Positions 12,089 to 24,699 of a stretch of DNA of 64,000 bases are shown here, piece by piece; the stretch's first letter is position 1; every line of letters starts with the position of its first letter. The translations under genes were made by a program, and so were the position numbers. The notes beneath the pieces were generated by a model. That model worked only from the letters and a program-made list of their open reading frames with translations, was not told the DNA's origin and made no database searches. Source of the stretch: Eukaryota sp. TZLM1-RC (Eukaryota > Protista > Metamonada: BaSk clade); the NCBI GenBank assembly GCA_040285825.1, contig JAUPSS010000006.1, positions 496,001 through 560,000 of the forward strand. Direction: 5' to 3'.

Positions 12089-13022
12089 CTGACTCTAGTT
12101 TTGCAAATGTTCAAGATATCCTCCAACATAACACTGTAGATTTTCATTATCATTGACCATAATCCCTATCACTTTGCATAACTTCAAAATAAACTATGGA
12201 ACTGTTCAACCTCTAAATTATGTGTGTATGATATAAGCTTTTGCGAGTATAAAATGGTATATAAGAGTTTGTAATATTTGATAGAGCAATTGAAATTTTA
12301 TTTCAAAATCTCACATTTTTCAAAAACTCATACAACTCTTTCATACATCTTTGTTCAATTCTACAAAAACATTCTATGTGTTGTTTACAACATTTTCAAT
12401 TCACTAATATCAATATTACGTAATTTGATATTTTTGTTATCTCATTTTACTAATTTCTTCATCTTTTATGTTGGAAAGTAAGGATGGAAAAATTAATGTG
12501 TTCGAATCACTGTGGTCTTGAATATGTATAGTCGAATAAGCTGAAAAACAATGTTGATAGTGTTTAAAGTGTGTGAATGTGAGTGTAATGTGTAGATTTT
12601 CATTATCATTGACCATAATCCCTATCATTTTGCATAACTTCAAAATAAGCTATGGAATTGTAAAACCTCTTGATTATGTCTGTACTGTATAAGCTTTTGC
12701 AAGTATAAAATAATATATAAAAGTTGGTAATATCTGATAGAGAATTTTAAATTTTATTTCAAAGTCTCACGTTTTTCAAAAAGTCATACAACTCTTTCAT
12801 AAATCTTTGTTAATTTCTACAAACAAATTTTATGTGTTGTTTTAACATTGTCAATTCATTGATAACAAATATTACGTAATGTGATATTTTTGTTTTCTCA
12901 TTTTACTAATTTCTTCAACTTTTATGTCGGAAAATAATGTTGGAAAAATGAATGTGTTCGAATCACTGTGGTCTTGAATATGTATAATCGAATAAGCTAA
13001 AAAACAATGTTGATAGTGTTTA
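12089..13022 (+). repeat. Satellite family B, head sequence plus ~2 units
   Basis: CCCTATC at 12164 and 12620 gives a 456-bp period. The head CTGA..GTTTTGCA.ATGTTCAA.ATATCCTCCAACATAAC also occurs at ~17408 and ~25730. Confidence 0.92.
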
Positions 13023-13167
13023 TCGACTCTATTGAAGAAGCCATCCACGAAGATCATCGCCACCTATCTCCATGGTTTAAGCTCCTCCTCCTCTTCCTCC
13101 TCTGACAACGAGCCTTATAGAGCTACTTTAAATCCATTTTTCAATAAACCATAGTGCTTACTCTCCT

Positions 13168-14805
13168 TTGTTACACCAACACCCAGCTATGGTACAACAG
13201 CAAGCTGAAGACTTTCAATATCTTTTCAACAACCTCGAATGCATTACCTCTTCTTTAGCCCCACGCAACAACACTCTTATCTCTCCCTATTCGTCACCTT
13301 CTGATTCTGGAATAGACTCTTCCTCAGACTCCTCGTCCGAAGCACTTGAAGTAGTCTCTAAGGTAGATTCTGATAACCACTTGGTACCGCCAGGCAACGC
13401 TCCTTCCCGCCAAAATGGTTCTTTGCTGTTGGAAGCTAGTCCCGACCTCAGCTCTGAACAAGGGATGATCGACGCAGACTGTGCTCGTCACGACGGTGGA
13501 GTAACACGTGGACCATTAGAATCGCACCTTCAGAACTCTTCTAAAACTAAAGACTCTGAGTCTATAGGAACTGCTCCTGCCCAGAGTTTTGAACCGTTTG
13601 TCTCCCTATCAGCCCAAGAACTTAACAAGCCCTTAGATAAGAAGCTCCTCCATCTCAAGATTTACGTTGACTCTCAAACTATGCTCAATGGAATGGTAGA
13701 CACTGGTGCTACCGTGTCAAGCAAGCTAAGCTGAAGTTAACCTCCAAGACTCTAGAAGTTGGTTTAGCCGACAAAACCAAGCTCTCCTGCCCCCTTGCTT
13801 CTGGAAAACTCGCCTTTGCTCTAGGTGGTGCTGCTAAGATCACCTACGTGAACGTGACTCTTGCCGTTTTGCCATGCTCAAACTCCTGCATCATAGGATG
13901 TGATTTATTAAGAAAGCTCGGCATTCTGACCTCCGACTATTTGTTCTTGAACCTCTCTGCCAGAAACCTCCAAATTCTCGAAGACGATGCCATACCAGAC
14001 CAGTATATACGACCAAGTATCCTCTGTTTCCTCTCTCCCTGATTTAGACAAAGCCTCATTCAAGCTGAATGACCCGGATTTAGAAAGCTCAGTTCGATCC
14101 CTCCTGTTCAAGTACCCTGAAATTTTCTCAAAGCTCCCCGACCCCCAAGGAATTGACTGCCCTCCCATGCGAATACCGTTCCATGATGAGTCCAAGATAG
14201 TGAGCAAGAAGTTTCGCTATCTCCCTCCAGATAAGCTAAAGGTAGCTAACGAGGAATTTGACACTCTGATCAAAAACGGTTTCGCAGTGCCTTACGATGG
14301 TCCCTGGAGCTCCCCTATTTGCCTTGTACAACGTCCCGACAAGCCTCCCAGATTAACAGGCGACTACTCTGGTGCTGACGGCGTTAATGAACTTTCCGTC
14401 TCCGTCCCCGCTGACCTCCCCAGAATCTCTGACGTATGCCAATTCCTGTCTGGTAGCCACTACATTGCCACATTAGACCTCCCAAAAGCCTTTTGGCAGC
14501 TGAACTGGCATCCTGATGATCAAGAAAAATCAGCTATAGCTATCCCTGGCCGTAAGATCAAGTATACCCGAGCTGCATTTGGTCTCAAAAACGTCCCAGC
14601 TATATTTCAGAACCTGATGAAGAAAGTTTTCAAATCTGATGGTGTCTTCATTTACATGGATGACATTATCGTAGCTGCTGCCGATAAGAAGTCCTTACTA
14701 GCCAGATTAGAATTCATTTTTAAGCAAGCCGCCAAGTATAGAATCCGAATAGGCCTCCACAAGTGCTCGTTTCAAACCAAAGAACACCCAATTAAGGTCC
14801 TTGGA
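13168..14805 (+). mobile_element. pol: Ty3/Gypsy LTR retrotransposon pol fragment: aspartic protease + reverse transcriptase (frameshifted, 3'-truncated)
   Basis: Protease VDTGAT..IIGCDLL. RT motifs PWSSPICLV, LDLPKAFWQL, AAFGLKNVPAIFQ, YMDDII, LHKCSF. Confidence 0.95.
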
Positions 14806-14995
14806 TGTAGATTGAAGAAACTGAACCTTCCCCTGAACCTCATCAAAGAGAAGCTCCATCTTTCGTTAACCAATCTATGGAGACTTCTGCAGAACCCATC
14901 GAACCATCACAACCTCCTATGGAAACTGATGAAATTCCTTCTATGGATACCTCTAATCAATCTGCCATGGATCAGCCGACGACGAGGTCATCACT

Positions 14996-15338
14996 GTGAG
15001 TAGCGAGTCACCTACTCCTACCACATCAACTGATGCGGTTCCCGCCCCCATCACCCCTGTCAGTCGAGCTCCCCATCAACAACCTACTCCTTCCACGATA
15101 GGCTCTCTCTCAACAACCTCTTCTCATCAATCACCATTCTCGGGCACTTACGAGAGTAGCCTTCTCCTTTCTTATGATCGGATCAAGAGACCGAGAAGCG
15201 TATAAAGACTTCATCAAGACTTCGAAAGCACGTAACCGTACTAAATCCGCTCCTCCCAGGAAGCGTTCCAATATCAGTACCTCACCTCCTGTGACTAGAG
15301 CTTCCAGGGCTCGTCGCTCGAAAAAGAGGAAAAGGCAG
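14996..15338 (+). mobile_element. Internally deleted Gypsy: gag N-terminus joined to the pol C-terminal tail
   Basis: FSGTYESSLLLS..GSRDRE (cf. 22816..23355) is followed directly by AYKDFIKTSKAR..PPVTRASRARRSK (cf. the end of 21595..22596). Confidence 0.85.
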
Positions 15339-15625
15339 AAAAAGAAGAACAGGATCCCACCCCACCCAAAGAGCGCCTCAATTGACAACTGAAATCTCAC
15401 TGGCACCAGTGGAGATTGACTCATCTCAGTATTCTGAACTGAGAAATCCATGGAGTGTACGAGAGAGTTATAATTATGGATTCTCTGGTTAAAGAATAGA
15501 CCACACAGAGGTGAACGCACTGATTGGAAGAGAATACTTGAGCTTGGTCTTCAAAAACAAGCCTTCCTGCCTCATAGGAATACTACCAATTTAAAAGACC
15601 GTATCCGTACGCTTCTGGAAAATTG
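15335..15625 (+). pseudogene. Telobox-type Myb domain protein fragment (one frameshift)
   Basis: WSVRES/WILWLKN..TDWKRILELG..HRNTTNLKDRIRTL, homologous to 19312..19764. Confidence 0.75.
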
Positions 15626-15997
15626 TAGAAATTCTCACATTTTTCAAAAAGTCGTACAACTCTTTCATAAATCTTTGTTGATTTCTACAAACAAAATTAA
15701 ATTGTTGTTTTAAACAACATTTTTAATCCAGTAATTTTATTATTTCTCCACCACAGAGTTGTCTCTCCCAATCTCCACTACATCTCCACCACCGAGTTCG
15801 TCTAGGGGTTGTTTGCAGAAGAAAACATGATTTCAACCCATGATTTCAATGAAATTGTACGACACGATAGTACGAACAGACTTCTATTTTTGATCAGTAC
15901 GATGTTTGTGAGATGCAGTTTTTTTAAATGCTGATTGGCTTTCAAGAAACCTGCAATAATTGAAACAAAACGAGGCAGAAACGATTTCCATCTTAGC

Positions 15998-17155
15998 ATT
16001 AATAATTGTTGAAGAACATAAAGAAAATAAAAATGAATTAATTTTGTTGAGGTAAAAAAAGAAACCCTCAAATTAATTTATAAATAAAATTGTTGTAAGT
16101 ATTAAACCTACAAGGATCCAAAAACATGTAGACTATACAGACACACGTAATCAGATCTTTCTTGACCGTAATCAACCTCAAACAGTTGAAAACTGAATGA
16201 TTGATGATTACTCAGTCGATTATGTATTTATTAATAGAGACTCAAAATAAAGAGAATTACTCTCAATATTTAATGGAGAATCTGATAAAAAATAAAGTAA
16301 CATGTGCGAAAAATACAAAAAATCCCTCTAATGAAAGTTGAATAAATAAAAATAGATAATTTCAACAAAATCAATATTGAAGTTAAATCAAAAGACGTTT
16401 TTCAAACGTTCAAAATGACAGACAAAAACATGCCAAACTTTACAATAATCATAATTAAATTAATTTTGGTAATTTAAAATGACCATCAGTAACTGGAACA
16501 GCTTCTAAATCAATAATAGAATCAGTAGCAACAATAGATTGAGATTGACAACCAACAACAACTACATCAAAAGAATCAACATTAAATTTAGCAAGGGTAA
16601 TAAGAGGTTTATCATTAATACATCCATCAATAACTTTACCATCAAAATCAGCTGGACCTACAGTTTTGACATTGGTGAAATGGACATCTGTAACGAAAAT
16701 GTCCAATGTCATGGGTTCGAGTACCACCAACTCCAAAAAAATAAAAAAGAGTGGCGAGTTCGAGTCCCAGTGGGAAAATACCAATGTACAAAGACAGCAA
16801 AAGTGTTGTAACAGTACCATAGGTTGGTTGGTTCGTAAGAAGGGGTAACCTCTGATGAGATACTGGGTGGATGAGTGAGCACTGTTCAGAGGAAGAGGTA
16901 AGAATATAGAAGAAAGATCTAAGAATGAAGATAATGGTAGGCAATGGCACAGATCGTGGGTAAAGAACAGTATCAAAGCAAGTACAAGAAGATGCTGACG
17001 CTGCCAACATGAAGCGTCGAACATTCTCAGTATACGAGGGGAAGGGCTAAGTACAGCCACCCCACTGGACTAGGTGAGGTGATTCAAAAGGTGTTGCAGA
17101 AGGAAAATGTAAGTGGGATAGCGAATTCTCTTTTTGTTTTCATTTAAGGTGAGCT
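15998..17155. repeat. Family A copy 3
   Basis: Hairpin, core block, B-boxes at 16713 and ~16757; near-identical to copy 2 over ~16540-16930. Confidence 0.9.
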
Positions 17156-17384
17156 ACTATTCCAGGAATTAAACTTTTTTAAGGTGTATATCCCACCTGA
17201 GTCACCTCTTATTCACCTTCCAACATGGAATCCTTTTCAACTCCTCTCTATGTACACATACACCTGTTTGTACTTTTGATGAATCAAACTAAGACCTGTT
17301 ACATCAGTTCCCCCCCCCCCATCAGTGGCAGTGTCAATTGTGTAGTGTCAATCGTTGTAATAAGTTTTTTAACAAACACAGTCT

Positions 17385-17879
17385 TGCTCATCAGTTAGTA
17401 TTTAATTCTGACTGTAGTTTTGCAGATGTTCAAGATATCCTCCAACATAACACTGTAGATTTTCATTATCATTGACCATAATCCCTATCATTTTGCATAA
17501 CTTCAAAATAAGCTAATTATGTGTGTATTGTATAAAACTTTGCGAGTATAAAATGGTATATAAGGGTTTGTAATATTTGATAGAGAATTTGAAATTTTAC
17601 TTCAAAATCTCACATATTTCAAAAAGTCATACAACTCTTTCATAAATCTTTGTTAATTTCTACAAACAAATTTTATGTGTTGTTTACAACATTTTCAATT
17701 AATTGATATCAATATTACGTAATTTGATGTTTTGGTTATCTCATTTTACTAATTTCTTCATCTTTTTTGTTGGAAAATAATGTTGGAAAAATGAATGTGT
17801 TCGAATCACTGTGGTCTTGAATATGTATAGTCAAAGAAGCTAAAAAATAATGTTGATAGTGTTTAAAGTGTGTGAATGT
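17385..17879 (+). repeat. Satellite family B, head plus ~1 unit
   Basis: Matches 12089-12580. Confidence 0.9.
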
Positions 17880-18925
17880 ATCGTTATCACTGAGATTTTT
17901 ACCCAACACCAAAGTTTCATTATCAAAATGTAAAATTCTGAGAGTAAATTGTGTTTTGACATTTGATGGTGTCATTGAAGGGGTTTTGTATTGAGTCAAC
18001 GGATTCTCATTAAAAAATGTTTTTACAGGTTTCAAAGGTGTGCTTAATACATCAGCTCTCCTTTTTCTGATGGTTTTTTGTACAGAATAGCATTTATATG
18101 TCTCAAATGATTTTTGTTCATTGTCAACACAGTTAACAACCCATCTTTTGTCTTGATTGGCAAAACGTTTACTCTCCAAAAAGAAATTATGACGGTCAAA
18201 CCTTCCAACAACTATTGAAATTAGAAAGATTTTTTGATCTGAAATCTACTCATCATTTTACTCATCAGCTTTCCTTTTTAAAAGACTTGCACCCTCTTTT
18301 CTTTTTTTGTTGATAATCTCATCAGGAGGGAGAAATTGGACATCATGATTTTGGTAATCCAAATCGGTCACTTTTTTAGAAAGATAACTAGACAATGAAT
18401 ATGATGATTCATATTCTACTTCTATTGATTCACAATTGTTCTCGTCGGACAACTAAGATATAATCAATAACTTCTGGACCACATCAACGAGCAGAGAACT
18501 TCAATTGTTTAATTGCTCTCCTCTCGTGTTGTGAACCAACTCCTCTTGTGTTGATTATGTTGATGATGCCGACTTTCCTCTCTCCTCTCATTGAAAATTA
18601 CTCAGTTATTTACGTTTAAATTGGTGTGAAAAGATAAAAATACATTATATTCAAGAATATTAGTAGTTTATGAAGTGTTTGGTTGTAATGATATGAATAG
18701 AAATAGGTAATGTTTTGAGATTTATGCTTTTAACTATGTCTTTACTAGATACTTTTGTAGTAATTATTTCTTTTTCAGTATTGTGTTACAAATCAATATG
18801 GATATTTATTTATGTTTCAACAGTCTGAGCAATTTTTATTTGATATGGGTAGAGCTAAATTAAACATTAACATCTGTCTCAACTAGTAAAAGTCTTGTAA
18901 CAATAACAATAAAAGTTTTTGTCAT

Positions 18926-19167
18926 GGCTCACCTTCAATGAAAATCACACAGAAGAGAATTCGCTATCCCACTTACATTTTCCTTCTGCAACACCATTTG
19001 AATCACCTGACCTAGTCCAGTGGGGTGGCTGTACTTAGCCCTTCCCCTCGTATACTGAGAATGTTCGACGCTTCATGTTGGCAGCGTCAGCATCTTCTTG
19101 TGCTTGCTTTGATACTGTTCTTTACCCACGATCTGTGCCATTGCCTACCATTATCTTCATTCTTAGA
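18926..19167. repeat. Inverted near-identical copy of 16918-17155 (right end of family A)
   Basis: GAGAATTCGCTATCCCACTTAC..CCTTCCCCTCGTATACTGAGAATG..TTCATTCTTAGA is the reverse complement. Confidence 0.92.
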
Positions 19168-19311
19168 AGAGGCATTTTGGTAAATCCTGGCAATTTTGGA
19201 ATTCATCAGACTACTTTGGTGTTTACTACAAGTACAATTAAATGAAAAATCAATTAAATGAAGAAAAAATGTATAATATCAAAATTTATTACAAAACAAG
19301 ACAAGACTAGA

Positions 19312-19764
19312 CTATTGATCCTCATCATCATCCTCAGGGAAATTATGCTGCTTGCGATATAAGGGATTTTCCTGTAGCCAACGGAGACGGTCTTTGAGCT
19401 TTCCAGAGTTTCTGTCAGGACGAAAAGCACGGAACCTGTTGCCAGTATCTAGGATTCTTTTCCAGTTGTTTCTTCGGACAGGGTTTGGATCTGTATTTTT
19501 CCACAGAATCCACAAATTTCGGCTTTCTTGAGGGGACCAGTGTACTCTTTTAGAGGCAATAGGGACACTGGTTTCGTCAGTCACTGGCTCAAGTCTGGAG
19601 GAAGACAAAGTGCTGGACACTCGTGCTGGAGGTGCACGACGACTGCTACACCTTCTGGGTCCAGCATCCACTAATTCGCCAACAGTACCAAGTACTACTC
19701 GAACTCCAAAATGGTTGATCAAGCTACTGAGACTTTTTCTCAATAGCTCGTCTCTAGTGGACAC
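19312..19764 (-). CDS. Telobox (TRF-like) single-Myb domain protein
   Basis: KRVHWSPQESRNL..NNWKRIL..FRPDRNSGKLKDRLRWL resembles the telobox consensus W..EE..L..W..I..RT..LKDKWRN. Confidence 0.7.
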   Translation of the reverse strand: MSTRDELLRKSLSSLINHFGVRVVLGTVGELVDAGPRRCSSRRAPPARVSSTLSSSRLEPVTDETSVPIASKRVHWSPQESRNLWILWKNTDPNPVRRNNWKRILDTGNRFRAFRPDRNSGKLKDRLRWLQENPLYRKQHNFPEDDDEDQ

Positions 19765-20538
19765 TGGTGAAGATATAACTTGTTCAGCGCTAGAGTCACT
19801 TTCGGACTGAGGTTAGCTTGATAGAATTACATACAGAACTATCATCAGAGCTCGACTTGGAGCCTTCTTGTTGGGTTGGATTGGAGTCTCCAACAGCACT
19901 CCAATTGAGCACTCTCTGTTGCACCACTCTCTGACTTCTATGGTTAATCCATTATGACAACATACTTTATCTGTATCACTCATGATGCTAGAATTATACA
20001 CAATGTTTTGAATGTGTTTTTATTTATTTACTCCTTGTATTGGTTCTTTAAATAAATATATGTTTTTTATTTTTTTTATTTTTTAAACACTAGTCGAGAG
20101 ACCACAATACATCCAATGTCTTTAAAATGGGTGTATACACCATAGAGACACCATTGGGAGTGATTAAATGTGATATTTAATTAGGAATATACGATGTTGC
20201 CTTTTTTCCCAACATCACTCAAAATTTCAATTCATCTCTATGCCTCGTCCTAAACCTCTCTGGAAACCAGCTTTCACACCTTTCACTACTCAGCTAACTG
20301 CTTTTACCAATGCTCGCCATCCCACCCATCATAACACTCCTTTTGATTGTGTCTTTGCAATCAGAAAAGCAATCACGAAGAGGAATTATTGACCATTGGT
20401 TAGTCTACACTCCTTCTTCAGGTGTAGTAACTGACTTTTTGAATGGTGAATGGTTGGTGGTTAACCCTCTGGAATCTCCGATAGAGGACCCACTCAATGG
20501 TCCATGCCACTTTTTCGATTCTTCTCCCTTCTATTACT

Positions 20539-20796
20539 AGGGATTTTCCTGTAGCCAACGGAGACGGTCTTTGAGCTTTCCAGAGTTTCTGTCAGGACGA
20601 AAAGCACGGAACCTGTTGCCAGTATCTAGGATTCTTTTCCAGTTGTTTCTTCGGACAGGGTTTGGATCTGTATTTTTCCACAGAATCCACAAATTTCGGC
20701 TTTCTTGAGGGGACCAGTGTACTCTTTTAGAGGCAATAGGGACACTGGTTTCGTCAGTCACTGGCTCAAGTCTGGAGGAAGACAAAGTGCTGGACA
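20539..20796 (-). repeat. 258-bp copy of 19362-19619 (Myb domain), flanked by a 110-bp direct duplication (20429-20538 / 20830-20939)
   Basis: Direct sequence identity by eye; 33-bp filler at 20797-20829. Confidence 0.93.
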
Positions 20797-21228
20797 ATTA
20801 TGGCCCTAAGTATTATTTATTACTGATACAACTGACTTTTTGAATGGTGAATGGTTGGTGGTTAACCCTCTGGAATCTCCGATAGAGGACCCACTCAATG
20901 GTCCATGCCACTTTTTCGATTCTTCTCCCTTCTATTACTCCACAACCAATTTACAGTCTTCTACAATGCAACATTACATGTCCACATATCCCCCGGTGGA
21001 ACCAGCACCAAATGAAAATCAAGGGGGATATTTCTTACCCAAATGTGCTGCTCAGGTGGTTTCCTGGAGATCAACTCTACCTAATATTGGAGTTGGTCTT
21101 CCCTCATCGGAAATACTACTTTTATTGTTTCAACTGACAAAGTACTGCAAATGTTTTTTTATTTTAATAAGACCTTCATCTTGGTTATTATTATCATCAT
21201 TTTCTAGTTCTGCTGCCTCCCTCAATGA

Positions 21229-21435
21229 TTATGACGACTGTTGGTTTAAGTCCAAACATTGAGGAAGTTCATGATTGGACATAGATTGAAGTAATGGTGT
21301 CCATATAGAATGTTGACAGCCTAGTAAATCATTACAACCAAAAACTGCGTAAAAATGCTTGGCTCTAGTAATAGCCACATTCATTCTCTGATAATCGTTA
21401 AGAAACTTTAATTTGGTTGAATTTGGTCTAGACAT
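21229..21435 (-). pseudogene. Upf1/Sen1/Dna2-like SF1 helicase C-terminal fragment
   Basis: FLNDYQRMNVAITRAKHFYAVFG = motif VI (RxNVAxTRAK). Confidence 0.85.
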
Positions 21436-21594
21436 TTCTACAATTAGTAAGTGATGTTCTTGGCTGTTCGTTATGACGGGACATACAGTAAATGTAATGA
21501 GATTTTTTACGAAGAGGAATTGTATTCTCTCTTCTTATACTAATAGGCGGAATACTAATAAACTATATAATTAAACTATAAATACTATTCAAGA

Positions 21595-22295
21595 CTAACA
21601 CTGCCTTTTCCTCTCTTTTGAGCGACGAGCCCTGGAAGCTCTAGTCACCGGAGGTGAACTAATAGAATTGGTACGCTTCTTGGGAGGAGCGGATTTAGTA
21701 CGGCGACGTGCTTTTGAAGTCTTGATAAAATCTTTATACGCGGCAGTATTCTGGACTGTTGACACGTGTTCAGTGGTGATCTCTTTTCCAGGCCATTGCA
21801 CTTGGCAAAAGTCACCTTCCTGACTGAGTACCCTTTCGATGATGTGTTCTTCAACATCACCTGCAGCGACCCATGAGTGGAACTCATCGTTGGTGGGCAG
21901 GCTTGAGTGCCAGGGTGCTAAATGTTTGACGCTAGCTTGTACAATCGTACCGGTGCAGAGATTCTTAATATTCGCAGACGAATTAGATACGATTTCGGTA
22001 ATTAGGAAAGGTCCTAAATAATCTCCATGTAGCTTAGCGGAGGAGCTGGAAGCTCGTAATACCAATTGACCAACTTCAAAAGGATTTGGAGTTGCAGATC
22101 TGGTTAGCTTGGAAGCTTTGGAAGCTTGATGGTGTGCTGCCTTTTCCTGTTTTTCTTTCAACCTTCGAAATTTAGATTGAATTTCTTGTATAAAAGATGA
22201 CTCAGACGTCGAGCTTTCAATGATTTCAAGAATTTTACCAGGGTCTGATCTAGGAGACACATCTGAGCCAAAGATCACTTGGTATGGAGTGTGGT
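21595..22295 (-). mobile_element. pol: Ty3/Gypsy integrase C-terminus: GPF module + chromodomain-like tail
   Basis: HTPYQVIFG, FEVGQLVL, KLHGDYLGPFLITEIV, EEHIIERVL..VQWPG. The N-terminal ~100 aa of the ORF is unrelated sequence fused in frame. Confidence 0.85.
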
Positions 22296-22815
22296 TTGAA
22301 TTGACAATATTACCGCCGCTTACAGAAGCAGCAGTTTCATCAGCCACTTTCTTCTCTGGACTGAGGAAATCAAATTCTGGAAACCAAAATTTTAAAAAAT
22401 GATGGTTTTTACAAAAAGAATGTGTTTCCTCATATTCAACTGTTTTGACATATACTTTGGCACTAAAATAAATTTTTTGTGTTCTTGCTAAATGTGAACT
22501 CAATTGAAGAACTATTTCACAAGAACTGTTCTGATCCATTAGTTTTTTCACTTCTGCCATCAGTATTTGCTTCCTTTTGTGATATTTGCTGGTCATTTTT
22601 TTTGGAATCGTAATTTCTGTCTTAGGAGTTCAGTTCTGATGTGGAAAAGTTCTGAGAGGATAGGCTGGTATCAGTACCAGAACGGAGGCGGAGCATGTGT
22701 ATTTATGTGGATACGAGGAGAGAAACCACTGATGCTTTGTCTGTGAAGGACGTGAAGTATGGGAAGAGGAGTTGAGGTAAAGCAAGGGTAAGTTAGTACA
22801 ACTCAATAATCAACA

Positions 22816-23355
22816 TTATTTTGCCACTCTATTATCAAGGCCAGTGCCTTGATACCTTAAAGCGTTGAGAGCTTCAGGTGTTACGCATTCAGCTAAGCCT
22901 CTAGGACTAATGCGCATGGCAGATCTGAAGAGATCCCATTCATGAATTGGTTCACTGTCGAACCGTTGATCAGATGCCAGTTCTGCTGATCTAGCTAGTT
23001 CAAGTTCTTCGCGAAGTCTAGCAACTTCGCTGGCCAAAGCAACTTGGGCAGGATCCTCAATGTTGCCACGAGCCTCGTCTACAATTCTATCCGTACGACT
23101 CCAGAGGATAAACTTGTTAACAAACTTGAGGAGTTTATCAACGTCTCTTAAATCAGTCGCGTCGAGAGTTGGACGTTTGGGGCGGTCTCTGCGTCTATTG
23201 TCCCTATCTCTTGATCCCACCATGGAAGATAGGAGAAGGTTACTATCGTAAGTACCTGAGAAAGTAGAACGTGAAGAACTAACCGTGGAAGGTGTTGGTT
23301 GAGCCGCATGTTGTGAACTTGTTGAACCAGTGGAAGGAGGTGTGGGTGGAACCAC
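22816..23355 (-). mobile_element. gag: Gypsy gag-like N-terminal fragment
   Basis: Upstream of, and co-oriented with, the integrase tail; joined to that tail in the derivative at 14996-15338. Confidence 0.55.
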
Positions 23356-24699
23356 TGACTTGCTCGCAGCAGCTTTTCTTTTAGATAAATATTCCTTGAT
23401 GGGCCCAGGAGACAGACCCTCAAATCTGCGTCTTCTTCTGCGTTGTTGAGGTTTACGAGTGGGAGCAGGTTTACGAGTGGGAGCAGGAGGAGCAGGAGGA
23501 GCAGGATCAACATCGTAAATTTCTGAAGATTCAGGATGATTGAGAATTTCAAAATTATTGGAGGCATTGGCATTTACCTCATGAACATCTGGCAGGTCAC
23601 CTATAGGATTGTCAGCACCAAAAAAATATCAGGATTATGAATTTGAGCAGCAGAATTGGGAAAAATATTTGCACGGTTATTACCAAAAGCAAAACTACCA
23701 GCATCGGATAAGCCAGTGGCAGCGGCATTGGGATAAAAACAGGGAGCAGCACGGACATCGGACATTGGATTCTCTGAACTAGCCAAAAATTCATCAACAT
23801 CTGATCCAGACTCAGATGCTGATGTGTTACCATAGTCTGAAACAGCAATTGACACAAGTTTTATGCAACCATATTTGAATTTCGCATAAGATTGTTGGTT
23901 TTTTAAATAATTTTTTTATTCATCATCATTTTTGGTTTTTTTGTATCTTCAATAACCATTAGTGCTCTTGTATCTTGCATGATATACACTCGAATATTGA
24001 ATTTCAAATTAGGAATTAACATTCAATTTGTTCATTCATCACTGTTGTCAATTGTCACACCTTTCACAATTAAAATTTCATTTACTGACCATCAAATGAA
24101 GATACCACTTGCTGAGCAAAAATGCTATGCTAACGCTTGAAAGCACTTCATTTGTTCCTATCTGAAACACAACTCATCCTAATAGCTGGATCTCACCCAT
24201 ATTTTTAAAAACATGAAGTGAAGTGCTTTTTGTTTGTATGTTGTGTGTTGTATAAAAATACATAAATCAATGTTGGCATTTATTTTTGTTTCAACAATTT
24301 GGACAAATACATTTAATTTTCATACGTAGAATTAAGTAAAATTGATGTCGTTAGGTAGAAATACCAAAGATGAAAAGAAAAAAAGAGAACTATATAATAA
24401 AGATACTTGTTCTTGAATTAGTGCCACGTCATCAGGTGAATTACTTATCTGTCTACCAGCCTAGATCAACACAATAATCAATAATTTCAGAAATATGAAC
24501 ACACTCAATAAAATGAAATAAAAAAATCAGATGTATTTGTTGTAATAAAATGAAACATGCTTTTATTGAATAATTTATTTCGTTCTTGCTTTCTTTATCG
24601 TAGTATATTTGCCTTTTTTCCTTTGTTGGCCACATTGTGAAGGTGTAGTAAAAAAAGAAGGTTTTTGTACCTCATCAAGAGATGTAAAAATTTCTAATA

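Noticed and set aside
16848-16892. Hammerhead ribozyme or C/D snoRNA at CTGATGA
   Set aside because: No GAAA core or stem II, and no box D on the same strand
17033-19052. Mariner element bounded by TA-CGAGGG..CCCTCG-TA
   Set aside because: The inverted identity continues ~115 bp outside these points, so they are not termini
20310-21130. Fourth Ulp1-like protease (DHWLVY..FFDSS..KC)
   Set aside because: Motif spacing is unconvincing by eye; left as an unknown fragment
21229-21435. Helitron RepHel helicase
   Set aside because: Motif VI is Upf1/Sen1-type, not Pif1-type; no Rep domain seen
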